Assembly: GCA_036262835.1 (NCBI GenBank)
Contig: DATAID010000084.1
Coordinates: forward strand, 9,360 to 73,359
Reading direction: 5' to 3'
Source of the DNA: Burkholderiales bacterium
GTDB lineage: Bacteria; Pseudomonadota; Gammaproteobacteria; Burkholderiales; SG8-39
Length of the DNA: 64,000 nt
How positions within the stretch are numbered: the stretch's first letter is position 1; every line of letters begins with the position of its first letter. The translations under genes were made by a program, and so were the position numbers. Of this stretch, positions 30,234 through 41,322 are shown in pieces. The notes beneath the pieces are model-generated. The model saw only the letters and a list, made by a program, of their open reading frames with translations. It was not told the DNA's origin and searched no databases.

Positions 30234-30574
30234 GTCGCGGGCGGCCACGCAAGGTGGCCGACCTGATTCAGCGCGAGCTCTCCGACCTGCTGCGCAGGGA
30301 AGTTCGCGATCCGCGCGTCGGCATGGTCACGATCACGGCGGTGGACGTTTCGCCCGACCTTTCCCACGCCAAAGTCTTCTTCACCCTGCTGGAAGAAAAA
30401 GACAGGGAAACGACCACTCAAGGGCTGCAGCGCGCCGCAGGCTACCTGCGCTCGCAGATCGCGAATCGCATCAAGCTCTATACGACGCCGGAGCTGCGCT
30501 TTGTGTACGACGAGTCGATCGAGCGCGGCGACCACCTCTCGCAGCTGATCGACAAGGCGAATCGCCGGTCGTGA
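30230..30574 (+). CDS. rbfA: Ribosome-binding factor A, 114 aa
   Basis: Blocks [45 protein letters not shown] and [10 protein letters not shown] match RbfA. The GTG overlaps the infB stop (GTGA). Confidence 0.9.
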
Positions 30575-31440
30575 CCCGCCGCAAGCTCGACGGCGTGCTG
30601 CTGCTCGACAAGCCCGTGGGCCCCAGCTCGGGCACGGTGCTGCAGGCGGCGAAGAAGCTGCTCGACGCGAAAAAGGCCGGGCATGCGGGCACGCTCGACC
30701 CGCTCGCCTCGGGGCTCCTGCCGCTGCTCTTCGGCGAGGCGACCAAGTTCGCCCAGTTCGGGCTGGATGCGCCCAAGGAGTATGTGGCGCAAGTCCGCCT
30801 CGGAGCGACGACCGAGACGGGCGATGCGGAGGGCAGGGTGCTCGAGGAGCAGCCCGTCGCCGTCGATGATGCGACCCTCGAGCGCGCGCTGGCCCGCTTT
30901 CGCGGCGTGATCGAGCAGGTGCCGCCCATGTATTCGGCGCTCAAGCGCGACGGACAGCCGCTTTACGCGCTCGCGCGCGCGGGGCAGACGGTCGAGCGCG
31001 CGCCCCGCAAAGTCGAGATTCACGCGCTCGAGCTGCTCGGGCGCCAGGGCGAGACGCTGGAGATTCGGGTCGGCTGCAGCAAAGGCACCTACATCCGCCA
31101 GCTTGCGGTCGACCTGGGCGCGGCGCTCGGCACCGGCGCCCATCTGGCCGCGCTCCGGCGCACCGCCGTCGGAAAGCTGAGGATCGAGGACGCGATCACC
31201 CTGGAGGCGCTCCGGACTCAGGGGGCCGCCGCCCTGAAATCGATGGATTGCCTGCTGGAAGACCTGCCGCGGCTCGACCTCGAGTCGCGCGAGGCGAGCC
31301 GATTCCTGCAGGGCGCGCCGGTCGCCCTCGAGGGAGGAAAGGAGGGCGATTGGCGGGTCTACGGCGAGGGAGCCCTGCTGGGCGTGGGCCGCCTGGCCGA
31401 TGGGCGGCTGCAGCCGCGCAGGTCAGTTGCAAGAGGCTGA
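30571..31440 (+). CDS. truB: tRNA pseudouridine-55 synthase TruB, 289 aa
   Basis: Blocks DGVLLLDKPVGPSS, GHAGTLDPLASGLLPL (catalytic Asp) and PPMYSALK match TruB. The GTG overlaps the rbfA stop. Confidence 0.9.
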   Translation: MTRRKLDGVLLLDKPVGPSSGTVLQAAKKLLDAKKAGHAGTLDPLASGLLPLLFGEATKFAQFGLDAPKEYVAQVRLGATTETGDAEGRVLEEQPVAVDDATLERALARFRGVIEQVPPMYSALKRDGQPLYALARAGQTVERAPRKVEIHALELLGRQGETLEIRVGCSKGTYIRQLAVDLGAALGTGAHLAALRRTAVGKLRIEDAITLEALRTQGAAALKSMDCLLEDLPRLDLESREASRFLQGAPVALEGGKEGDWRVYGEGALLGVGRLADGRLQPRRSVARG

Positions 31441-31457
31441 AAAACCACGGAAAACAC

Positions 31458-31487
31458 TTGTTGCGGCAGGGCATTCTCGGATAGAAT
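31458..31487 (+). promoter_or_regulatory. Candidate sigma-70 promoter of rpsO
   Basis: TTGTTG (31458-31463), an 18-nt spacer and TAGAAT (31482-31487) lie about 40 nt upstream of the rpsO ATG. Confidence 0.4.
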
Positions 31488-31525
31488 CCCGCCCTCACAC
31501 AAAGAGCCAGAGAGAGACTTAAGAC

Positions 31526-31795
31526 ATGAGTTTGCAGGTTGCGCAGAAAGCGCAAGTCGTAAAGCAGTATCAGCGCGCCGGAAACGACACCGGCTCGCCC
31601 GAGGTGCAGATCGCCCTTCTCACCGAGCGCATCAACGGCCTGGCCGAGCACTTCAAGACCCACGTGAAGGATTTCCACTCGCGGCGCGGGCTGCTCAAGC
31701 TCGTGAGCCAGCGTCGCAAGCTCCTCGACTACCTGAAGCGCAAGGACGCGGACAAGTATCGGTCGATCATCGACCGGCTCGGCCTGCGCAAGTAA
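31526..31795 (+). CDS. rpsO: 30S ribosomal protein S15, 89 aa
   Basis: Translation is [71 protein letters not shown]. Confidence 0.97.
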   Translation: MSLQVAQKAQVVKQYQRAGNDTGSPEVQIALLTERINGLAEHFKTHVKDFHSRRGLLKLVSQRRKLLDYLKRKDADKYRSIIDRLGLRK

Positions 31796-31809
31796 CTCCC
31801 CCGAATGCC

Positions 31810-31852
31810 GCGGCAAAGGACCCTCATCGGTGCGATGAGCGCTTTTTGCCGC
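31810..31852 (+). terminator. rpsO terminator / pnp leader compound hairpin
   Basis: The outer stem is GCGGCAAA...TTTGCCGC. The inner hairpin is CTCATCG-GTG-CGATGAG followed by CGCTTTTTG. It sits between rpsO and pnp. Confidence 0.6.
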
Positions 31853-31875
31853 CTGCCCTCTAAAAGGAACGCCCT

Positions 31876-33981
31876 TTGACTCCCACCAAGAAGACCTTCA
31901 CGCTCGGCACGCAGCAGTACACCCTCGAGACCGGAGAAATCGCCCGCCAGGCGCACGGCGCGGTGCTTTGCACGGTGGAGGACACCGTGGTCCTCGCAGC
32001 GGTGACCGCCTCCAAATCGCCCAAGCCGGGCCAGAGCTTTTTTCCGCTCACGGTGGACTACGCGGAGAAGACCTATGCCGCGGGCAAGATTCCGGGCGGC
32101 TTCTTCAAGCGCGAAGGCCGGCCGACCGAGAAGGAGACGCTGACCAGCCGCCTCATCGACCGCCCGTTCCGCCCGCTTTTTCCGGACGGCTTCTATAACG
32201 AGGTGCAGGTCGTCGCGCAGGTGCTCTCGCTCAACCCCGAGGTCGACGCCGACATCCCGGCGATGATCGCAGTCTCGGCGGCGCTCACCCTCTCGGGCGT
32301 GCCGTTCAACGGCCCGATCGGCGCCTGCCGCGTCGGCTACCTGAACGGCCAGTACGTGATCAACCCGACCATGACGCAGCTGAAGGAGTCGCAGCTGAAC
32401 CTCGTCGTCGCGGGCACGAGCCAGGGCGTGCTGATGGTCGAGTCCGAGGCGCTCGAGCTGCCCGAGGAAACGATGCTCGGCGCCGTGGTGTATGGCCACG
32501 AGCAGATGCAGGCCGCAATCAACGCGATTGAAGAGCTGGCGGAAGTGGCCGGCAAGCCGGCCTGGGACTGGAAGGCGCCCGAGCAGGACGAGGCGCTCTC
32601 AGGGAAGATCACCAGCCTCGCGGAAGCCGACTTGCGAGCCGCGTTCGACCTGCGCCAGAAGAGCGCGCGCTCCGAGGCGCTCAAGGCGGTGGGCAAGAAA
32701 GTGCACGAGGCCGTGGGCATCGGCAGCGAAGGCGGGCCCGACCTGAACACGGTGAACGACCTCCTTTTCGCGCTCGAGTCGAAGATCGTGCGCAACAAGA
32801 TCCTCGACGGCGAGCCGCGCATCGACGGCCGCGACACGCGGACCGTGCGCCCGATCACGATCCGCACGGGCGTCCTGCCGCGCACGCACGGCTCGGCGCT
32901 CTTCACGCGCGGCGAGACCCAGGCGCTCGTCACCGTCACGCTCGGCACCGGGCGCGACGAGCAGATCATCGACGCGCTCGCCGGCGAGTACCGCGAGCGC
33001 TTCATGTTTCACTACAACATGCCGCCGTACGCCACCGGCGAGACCGGCCGGTACGGCTTCACCAAGCGCCGCGAAATCGGCCATGGCCGCCTCGCCAAGC
33101 GCTCGCTCGTGGGCATGCTGCCCCCCGCCACGGAATTCGGCTACTCGCTGCGCGTGGTGTCGGAGATCACCGAGTCGAACGGCTCCTCGTCGATGGCCTC
33201 CGTGTGCGGCGGCAGCCTCGCGCTCATGGACGCGGGCGTGCCGATCAAGGACCACGTCGCCGGCATCGCCATGGGCCTCATCAAGGAAGGCAACCGCTTC
33301 GCGGTGCTGACCGACATCCTCGGCGACGAGGATCACCTCGGCGACATGGACTTCAAGGTCGCGGGCACCGAGAACGGCCTCACCGCGCTGCAGATGGACC
33401 TCAAGATCGAGTCGATCACCAAGGAGATCATGCGCGTCGCGCTCGCGCAGGCCCGCGAGGCGCGGCTGTCGATCCTCAAGCAGATGAAGGAAAGCATCTC
33501 CGGCTCGCGCACCGAGCTCTCCTCGTTCGCGCCGCGCATCATCAAGATCAAGATCAACCCGGACAAGATCCGCGACGTCATCGGCAAGGGCGGCGTGGTC
33601 ATCCGCGGCATCCAGGAAGAAACCGGCACCACCATCGAGATCGAGGACGACGGCACCATCTCGATCGCTTGCGTGGCGGCCGAGGGCGGCGAAGCGGCGC
33701 GCAAGCGCATCCAGGACATCACCGCCGACGTCGAGGTCGGCAAGGTCTACGAAGGCCCGGTGCTGCGCCTGCTCGATTTCGGCGCCATCATCCAGCTGCT
33801 GCCGGGCAGGGACGGCCTCCTGCACATCTCGCAGATCAGCAAGGAGCGCGTCAACGCGGTCTCCGACTATCTCAAGGAAGGCCAGATCGTGAAGGTCAAG
33901 GTGCTCGAGGCCGACGACAAGGGCAGAGTACGCCTGTCGATGAAGGCGGTCGGCGAGCAGGAAACCGCGAAGACGGGGTAA
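31876..33981 (+). CDS. pnp: Polyribonucleotide nucleotidyltransferase (PNPase), 701 aa
   Basis: Two RNase PH domains are visible ([27 protein letters not shown]), followed by KH ([15 protein letters not shown]) and S1 ([18 protein letters not shown]). The start is TTG, preceded by AAGGAA. Confidence 0.95.
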   Translation: MTPTKKTFTLGTQQYTLETGEIARQAHGAVLCTVEDTVVLAAVTASKSPKPGQSFFPLTVDYAEKTYAAGKIPGGFFKREGRPTEKETLTSRLIDRPFRPLFPDGFYNEVQVVAQVLSLNPEVDADIPAMIAVSAALTLSGVPFNGPIGACRVGYLNGQYVINPTMTQLKESQLNLVVAGTSQGVLMVESEALELPEETMLGAVVYGHEQMQAAINAIEELAEVAGKPAWDWKAPEQDEALSGKITSLAEADLRAAFDLRQKSARSEALKAVGKKVHEAVGIGSEGGPDLNTVNDLLFALESKIVRNKILDGEPRIDGRDTRTVRPITIRTGVLPRTHGSALFTRGETQALVTVTLGTGRDEQIIDALAGEYRERFMFHYNMPPYATGETGRYGFTKRREIGHGRLAKRSLVGMLPPATEFGYSLRVVSEITESNGSSSMASVCGGSLALMDAGVPIKDHVAGIAMGLIKEGNRFAVLTDILGDEDHLGDMDFKVAGTENGLTALQMDLKIESITKEIMRVALAQAREARLSILKQMKESISGSRTELSSFAPRIIKIKINPDKIRDVIGKGGVVIRGIQEETGTTIEIEDDGTISIACVAAEGGEAARKRIQDITADVEVGKVYEGPVLRLLDFGAIIQLLPGRDGLLHISQISKERVNAVSDYLKEGQIVKVKVLEADDKGRVRLSMKAVGEQETAKTG

Positions 33982-33997
33982 GGAAGGAAAAACCTGG

Positions 33998-34037
33998 ATC
34001 CCCGCTTTCGCGGGGATGGCGAAATGGCTATTTCGCC
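33998..34037. terminator. Hairpin pair between convergent pnp and dksA (bidirectional terminator region)
   Basis: The first hairpin is ATCCCCGC-TTTC-GCGGGGAT (33998-34017); on the minus strand TTTTT follows it 5 nt downstream. The second is GGCGAAAT-GGCT-ATTTCGCC (34018-34037), which spans the dksA stop codon. Confidence 0.6.
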
Positions 34038-34447
34038 ACCTGCCGCTCGCGCATCTCGTCGAGCGTCTTGCAGTCGATGCACAGCGTCGCCGTCGGGCGC
34101 GCCTCCAGCCGCTTCAGGCCGATCTCCACGCCGCAGCTGTCGCAGTAGCCGTACTCGTTCGCGTCGATGCGGCCGATCGTCTCGTCGATCTTCTTGATGA
34201 GCTTGCGCTCGCGGTCGCGGTTGCGAAGCTCGAGCGCCATGTCGGATTCCTGGCTCGCGCGATCGTTCGGGTCGGCGAACACGGTCGCCTCGTCCTGCAT
34301 CGTGTGCACGGTGCGATCGATCTCCTGCGAGAGCTCGGCCTTCACGCTCTCGAGGATCTTGCGGAAATGCGAGCGCTGCTTCGCGTTCATGTACTCCTCG
34401 CCTTTTTTCGGGGCGTAGGGCGTGAACGCTTTTCTCGTCAGCTCCAC
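34028..34447 (-). CDS. dksA: RNA polymerase-binding transcription factor DksA, 139 aa
   Basis: Blocks are PYAPKKGEEYMN, DEATVFADPNDRASQE, LELRNRDRERKLIKKI and the 4-Cys zinc finger CDSCGVEI...CIDC. The conserved residues upstream of the internal ATG support the GTG 34447 start, although it has no obvious SD. Confidence 0.9.
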   Translation of the reverse strand: MELTRKAFTPYAPKKGEEYMNAKQRSHFRKILESVKAELSQEIDRTVHTMQDEATVFADPNDRASQESDMALELRNRDRERKLIKKIDETIGRIDANEYGYCDSCGVEIGLKRLEARPTATLCIDCKTLDEMRERQVAK

Positions 34448-34558
34448 CGTGATTTTTCGCTTGTGGCCAAAAAAATGAAGGCGCCTTTATAGCAGAAAAG
34501 CCCCCCTGCCGCCAGCCGAAAAGGGAGTATGATTGGCGCCCTTTTTGTAAGGATTGCG

Positions 34559-34635
34559 CGGGGTGTGGCGCAGCCTGGTAGCGCGCCTGCTTTGGGAGCA
34601 GGATGTCGGGAGTTCAAATCTCTCCACCCCGACCA
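34559..34635 (+). tRNA. tRNA-Pro (anticodon UGG), 77 nt, CCA encoded
   Basis: I folded it by hand: acceptor CGGGGTG/CACCCCG, D-arm GCGC-AGCCTGGTA-GCGC, anticodon arm CCTGC-TTTGGGA-GCAGG and T-arm GGGAG-TTCAAAT-CTCTC. Confidence 0.9.
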
Positions 34636-34668
34636 TGGTCTGGCCCGGCAGGTGACGGGAAGCGCAGT

Positions 34669-34745
34669 CTGCCCGTAGCTCAACCGGATAGAGCACCAGC
34701 CTTCTAAGCTGGGGGTTGTGGGTTCGAGTCCCGCCGGGCAGGCCA
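34669..34745 (+). tRNA. tRNA-Arg (anticodon UCU), 77 nt, CCA encoded
   Basis: The acceptor is CTGCCCG/CGGGCAG, the D-arm GCTC-AACCGGATA-GAGC, the anticodon arm CCAGC-CTTCTAA-GCTGG and the T-arm GTGGG-TTCGAGT-CCCGC. Confidence 0.9.
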
Positions 34746-34765
34746 TTACAGGTTTTGTGCACGAC

Positions 34766-34841
34766 GGTGGCCGTAGCTCAAGGGTAGAGTCCCGGATTGT
34801 GATTCCGGTTGTTGTGGGTTCGAGTCCCATCGGCCACCCCA
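34766..34841 (+). tRNA. tRNA-His (anticodon GUG) with encoded G-1, 76 nt, CCA encoded
   Basis: It reads G-1 plus acceptor GTGGCCG/CGGCCAC and discriminator C. The anticodon arm is CCGGA-TTGTGAT-TCCGG and the T-arm GTGGG-TTCGAGT-CCCAT. Confidence 0.9.
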
Positions 34842-34856
34842 TCCTCCAGTTGGATC

Positions 34857-35723
34857 ATGCGAGCGCCCACGAAATGGAGCAGGCCGGCCCTCTCGGCGCG
34901 CGCGACCGCGGGTGAAGCCTTCGTAGCGAACACGCGCGCGGCGATCGAGCAGATCGCGGCGAACCGCGCCGGCGCCGCCGCCGGACGCGACCCCGAATAC
35001 CTGCACCAGTTGCGCGTCGGCGTGCGAAGGCTGCGCTCGACGCTGCGCGCGTTCCGCGAGCTGTTGCGCCGCAAGCCCGCCGATGCGATCGAGGCGCCGT
35101 GGCGCTCGATGATGCGCACGCTCGGCGCGGCGCGCGACTGGGACGTCCTCGATCACTCGCTCGTGGCAGGCGAGCTGCGCGTGGACGCCGGCAGCCAGCG
35201 CAGGGAAGCCCGGCGCCGGGCGCGCGCGCTGGTGCGCTCGGCGCGTTTCTCCAAGGCCATGCGGCGCTCTTTCGCCTGGGCGCAGAGCCATCCCTGGCGC
35301 CGGCGCGCCGATCCTGCGGAGCCGCTCAATGAATTCGCGCGGCGCGCACTCGAGCAACTGCACAAGGACTTGCGCAAGGCGGCGCACGGCATCGACTGGC
35401 GCGATGCGCGCCGCCGCCATCGCGTGCGCATCCGCGTGAAGCGCCTGCGCTACGGCTGCGACTTTTTCGCGGGCGGGTTTCCGCACCGCCATGCGCGCCC
35501 CTTCCTGGAGAGCCTCCGCGCGCTGCAGGACATCCTCGGCGAGATGAACGACATCGAGGTGCAGCGGCCGTTGCTCCGCCGCCTGGAGGCCGGGGGGAGG
35601 GCGCCCGAGCGGCTCGCCTCCCGCGAGCGCGCGCTCATCGCCGCGCTCGGGCCTGCCTGGGAAACCTTTGAGTCGCGCCGGCTTTTCTGGCGCGAACGGC
35701 CAGCTGCTCGCGCGAGAGGATGA
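34857..35723 (+). CDS. CHAD-domain protein, 288 aa
   Basis: The CHAD signature is PEYLHQLRVGVRRLRSTLRAF, with a second repeat RHRVRIRVKRLRYGCDFF. The protein is helical and Arg-rich. ATG 34857 is the first start clear of tRNA-His. Confidence 0.75.
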   Translation: MRAPTKWSRPALSARATAGEAFVANTRAAIEQIAANRAGAAAGRDPEYLHQLRVGVRRLRSTLRAFRELLRRKPADAIEAPWRSMMRTLGAARDWDVLDHSLVAGELRVDAGSQRREARRRARALVRSARFSKAMRRSFAWAQSHPWRRRADPAEPLNEFARRALEQLHKDLRKAAHGIDWRDARRRHRVRIRVKRLRYGCDFFAGGFPHRHARPFLESLRALQDILGEMNDIEVQRPLLRRLEAGGRAPERLASRERALIAALGPAWETFESRRLFWRERPAARARG

Positions 35724-36483
35724 AGACTGTCCCCGGCTCGCTCGTCTCGGGCCACGTGAACGGCAAGCGGGGATAGGCCCGCTCCAGCGAGCGATGCGCA
35801 TCGCCCACTTCGCAGACGAGCAGCCCGCCGGGATTCAAGTGCTTTTTCGCGCCGGAAAGAATCGTCCGAATCAGATCGAGCCCGTCCCTGCCCGCCGCAA
35901 GAGCAAGGCGCGGCTCGTAGTCGTACTCGGGCGGGAGCTTGCCCATGGTGCGCGCATCCACATACGGCGGATTGGTGACGATCAGGTCGTAGGTTTGCTT
36001 GATTGAAGAAAAGAGATCGGAACGCAGAAGGCGGATCCGAGCACCGAGACGGTGCTTGCCGACATTGATCTTCGCGACCTCGAGGGCGTCGCGCGAGATA
36101 TCGCTCGCATCGACGCGCGCTTTGGGAAACGCTTGCGCCGTCAGGATCGCTAGGCACCCGGATCCGGTGCACAGGTCGAGCGCCCGGCGCACCGGCCGCT
36201 GCAGCCAGGGCCGGAGGCGCTCGCGCAGCAACTCCGAGATGAACGAGCGCGGCACGATGACGCGCCGGTCGACGTAGAAGCGCCGGCCGTCGAGCCAGGC
36301 TTCGCTCAGGAGGTAGGCGAGGGGAATGCGCTCGCGCAGGCGGCGCTCAAGGACCGCCTTTTGTTTCTCGGCATTCTTGACGCTGCTGAAAAGCCAGGCG
36401 GCCTCTCCGCGGGCATCCAAAGTCCCATGGCCGTAGTGCAACCGGGCGCGGCGCAGGCGGCGCTCGATCTCGCGCAGGGTCAA
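35635..36483 (-). CDS. prmB: Ribosomal protein L3 glutamine N5-methyltransferase PrmB-like, 282 aa
   Basis: Blocks are RIPLAYLLSEAWLDGRRFYVDRRVIVPRS, the SAM motif LDLCTGSGCLAI and the catalytic IVTNPPYV. The start is TTG. Confidence 0.85.
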   Translation of the reverse strand: MTLREIERRLRRARLHYGHGTLDARGEAAWLFSSVKNAEKQKAVLERRLRERIPLAYLLSEAWLDGRRFYVDRRVIVPRSFISELLRERLRPWLQRPVRRALDLCTGSGCLAILTAQAFPKARVDASDISRDALEVAKINVGKHRLGARIRLLRSDLFSSIKQTYDLIVTNPPYVDARTMGKLPPEYDYEPRLALAAGRDGLDLIRTILSGAKKHLNPGGLLVCEVGDAHRSLERAYPRLPFTWPETSEPGTVFILSREQLAVRARKAGATQRFPRQARARR

Positions 36484-36493
36484 GGACGCAGTT

Positions 36494-38831
<2,338 letters not shown>

Positions 38832-38875
38832 GGGCTTCTCCCCTCCGCGAGCGCGCGGATGACCCTCTAGTGTAG

Positions 38876-39688
38876 CTAATCCCCGCGCAGCAGCTCGTTA
38901 AGACTCGTCTTCGCGCGGGTCTTTGCGTCCACCTTTTTGACGATTACTGCACAGTAAAGGGCGCAACTGCGGTCCCCCGAGGGCATCGTGCCGGGCACCA
39001 CCACCGAGCCCGCCGGCACCCGCCCGTAGATCACCTCGCCGGTTTCCCGGTCGAAGATCTTCGTGCTCTGGCCGATGAAGACGCCCATCGACAGGACGCT
39101 GTTCTCCTCGACCACGACGCCTTCCACGACCTCCGAGCGCGCGCCGATGAAGCAGTTGTCCTCGATGATGGTCGGGTTGGCCTGGATCGGCTCGAGCACG
39201 CCGCCGATGCCGACCCCGCCCGAGAGGTGCACGTTCTTGCCGATCTGCGCGCACGAGCCCACCGTCGCCCAGGTGTCCACCATCGTGCCTTCGTCGACGT
39301 AGGCGCCGATATTGACGTAGGAGGGCATGAGCACGACGTTTTTCGCGACGTAGGCGCCTTTACGCGCCATCGCAGGCGGGACCACCCGGAAGCCCTTCTT
39401 CCTGAAGGCCTTGGCATCCATCGAGGCGAACTTGGACGGGACCTTGTCAAAATAGGCGGTCGGCCCGTTCTTCATGAGGCGGTTGTCTTCCAGCCGGAAC
39501 GAAAGGAGCACGGCCTTCTTCAGCCACTGATGCGTTTCCCATTTGCCGTTCAGCTTCTCGGCCACGCGCAGCTCGCCGCTGTCGAGCCCGTCGATGACCT
39601 GCTTGACGGCCTTGCGCAGCTTCTGGGGCGCGCTTTTCGGTTGGATCGAGGCCCGGTCTTCCCAGGCCTGCTCGATGACGTCTCTCAT
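38876..39688 (-). CDS. dapD: Tetrahydrodipicolinate N-succinyltransferase, 270 aa
   Basis: Blocks are [22 protein letters not shown] and hexapeptide repeats ([38 protein letters not shown]). Start is at ATG 39688, overlapping the dapC stop (ATGA). Confidence 0.92.
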   Translation of the reverse strand: MRDVIEQAWEDRASIQPKSAPQKLRKAVKQVIDGLDSGELRVAEKLNGKWETHQWLKKAVLLSFRLEDNRLMKNGPTAYFDKVPSKFASMDAKAFRKKGFRVVPPAMARKGAYVAKNVVLMPSYVNIGAYVDEGTMVDTWATVGSCAQIGKNVHLSGGVGIGGVLEPIQANPTIIEDNCFIGARSEVVEGVVVEENSVLSMGVFIGQSTKIFDRETGEVIYGRVPAGSVVVPGTMPSGDRSCALYCAVIVKKVDAKTRAKTSLNELLRGD

Positions 39689-40842
39689 AGCGATTGGGCG
39701 AGCTGCATCATGCGCTGAACGGCCTCTTTGCACTCCGCGAGCGGCGCAACGAGCGCAACGCGAAGGCGGTTCTTGCCCGGGTTCACGCCCTGCGATTCAC
39801 GCGCGAGATAGCTCCCCGGCAAGACCGTCACATTATATTGTTGGTACAAGCGCCGCGCGAAGGCGGCGTCGTCGATGGGCGTCTCGATCCACAGATAGAA
39901 GCCGCCCTGCGGCTTTTCCGCTCGCAGCGGTTTGCGAATCAAGGGCAGCACGGAAGCATACTTTTCGGCGTACAAGCGCCGGTTTTCGCGCACGTGCGCC
40001 TCGTCGCTCCAGGCGGCGATGGAGGCGCGCTGCACGCTGAGGCTCATCGCCGACCCGTGATAGGTGCGGTAAAGGAGGAACGACTTGAGCAGCGCCGCGT
40101 CGCCGGCGACAAAGCCCGAGCGCATGCCCGGAGAATTGGAGCGCTTGGAGAGGCTCGTGAACATGACCAGGCGCGGAAAACCCTTGCGGCCGAGGCGCTC
40201 GGCCGCCTCCAGCGCGCCGAGCGGCGGCTGCGCCTCGTCCAGGTAGATCTCCGAGTAGCACTCGTCGGAGGCGATGACGAAGCCATGCCGGTCGGAAAGC
40301 TCGAAAAGCGCCTTCCATTCCTCGAGATCCATCACCCGGCCGGTCGGGTTGCCCGGCGAGCAGACGTAGGCGAGCTGCACGCCGCGCCAGTCGAGCTCCT
40401 CGAAGCGGCGGCCTTCGTTCAGGAAAACGGGCGTGGCGCCGGCAAGAAGGGCCGCCCCTTCGTAGATCTGATAGAAGGGATTCGGGCAGACGACCCGGGC
40501 GCCGGGCGCAAGAACCGTCTGCCCGAAGGCAAAGAGCGCCTCGCGCGAGCCGTTGACCGGCAGCACCTGGGTCGCCGGGTCGAGCTCGGACAGCGAGTAG
40601 CGGCGCTTCGCCCAGGCGGCGGCCGCCTCTCGCAGCTCCGGCAATCCGAGCGAACGGGGATATTGGGCGAGGCCGTCGAGCGCCGAGGTGAGGGCGCTCT
40701 TCACGAGGGCCGGCGTCGGGTGCTTGGGCTCGCCGATCGACAGGTCGATCGGCTTGAGCGCCGGGTCGGCGCTGACCCCGGCGAGATTGGCGCGGACCTT
40801 GTCGAAAGGGTAGGGCTGGAGCCGGGCCAGGAAGGGATTCAC
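39685..40842 (-). CDS. dapC: Succinyldiaminopimelate aminotransferase (class I PLP aminotransferase), 385 aa
   Basis: Blocks are [43 protein letters not shown] and [14 protein letters not shown] (PLP Lys). Start is at GTG 40842; the track ORF extends to 40977. Confidence 0.85.
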   Translation of the reverse strand: MNPFLARLQPYPFDKVRANLAGVSADPALKPIDLSIGEPKHPTPALVKSALTSALDGLAQYPRSLGLPELREAAAAWAKRRYSLSELDPATQVLPVNGSREALFAFGQTVLAPGARVVCPNPFYQIYEGAALLAGATPVFLNEGRRFEELDWRGVQLAYVCSPGNPTGRVMDLEEWKALFELSDRHGFVIASDECYSEIYLDEAQPPLGALEAAERLGRKGFPRLVMFTSLSKRSNSPGMRSGFVAGDAALLKSFLLYRTYHGSAMSLSVQRASIAAWSDEAHVRENRRLYAEKYASVLPLIRKPLRAEKPQGGFYLWIETPIDDAAFARRLYQQYNVTVLPGSYLARESQGVNPGKNRLRVALVAPLAECKEAVQRMMQLAQSL

Positions 40843-40852
40843 TGCGGCGGAT

Positions 40853-41251
40853 TCAAGCCGGCTTCTTCCAGCCTTTTTTGACGTGCTCGGCCACGACGGA
40901 CGTGTAGATTCCGCCCCGGACGTTGAATTTGGCCGCGAGCCGCAGGTAGCGCGGCCGCAGGGCTTTGACGAGGTCATCGCAGATGCGGTTGGTGACCGCC
41001 TCGTGGAAGGCGCCCTCGTTGCGAAAAGACCAGACGTACAGCTTGAGCGACTTCAGCTCCACGCAGAGCCGCTCGGGGATGTACTCGAGCGACAGCACCG
41101 CGAAATCCGGCTGCCCCGTGAGCGGGCACAGGCACGTGAATTCGGGAATTTCCATTTGAATCCGGTAGTCGCGGCCGGGCGCCGGATTGGCGAACGTCTG
41201 CAAGCGCTTGGTCGGGCGAGACGCAGGACGAGATGCGGACCGCGAAGGCAT
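40853..41251 (-). CDS. queF: NADPH-dependent 7-cyano-7-deazaguanine reductase (type I QueF), 132 aa
   Basis: [15 protein letters not shown] carries the catalytic Cys motif. Further blocks are [20 protein letters not shown] and GGIYTSV. Confidence 0.88.
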   Translation of the reverse strand: MPSRSASRPASRPTKRLQTFANPAPGRDYRIQMEIPEFTCLCPLTGQPDFAVLSLEYIPERLCVELKSLKLYVWSFRNEGAFHEAVTNRICDDLVKALRPRYLRLAAKFNVRGGIYTSVVAEHVKKGWKKPA

Positions 41252-41322
41252 CGGAAAAAGCTCGGGATGTGGACAAAAACGAAGCGGGCAGATGGTATCA
41301 TCTTCAAAACTCGAAGAGGCCC

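Noticed and set aside
34448-34558. Possible small RNA or structured element between dksA and tRNA-Pro (AAGGCGCCTT palindrome, A/T runs)
   Set aside because: The 110-nt region must hold the divergent dksA and tRNA promoters. The palindrome has no loop and cannot form a stable hairpin, and no terminator defines a discrete transcript.
34438-34842. 134-aa and 91-aa minus-strand ORFs spanning the tRNA cluster
   Set aside because: They lie entirely over three well-folded tRNA genes and their spacers. The reading frames are accidental.
34842-35800. Genomic island integrated at tRNA-His
   Set aside because: There is no integrase, no direct repeat of the tRNA 3' end and no compositional break that I can see. 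The next genes (prmB, dapE, dapD, dapC) are core genes.
41252-41322. Possible preQ1 riboswitch upstream of queF
   Set aside because: The 71-nt region is shared with the divergent smc promoter. It shows only a weak 5-bp hairpin (AGATG-GTAT-CATCT). I could not see the short stem-loop plus A-rich tail characteristic of preQ1-I.
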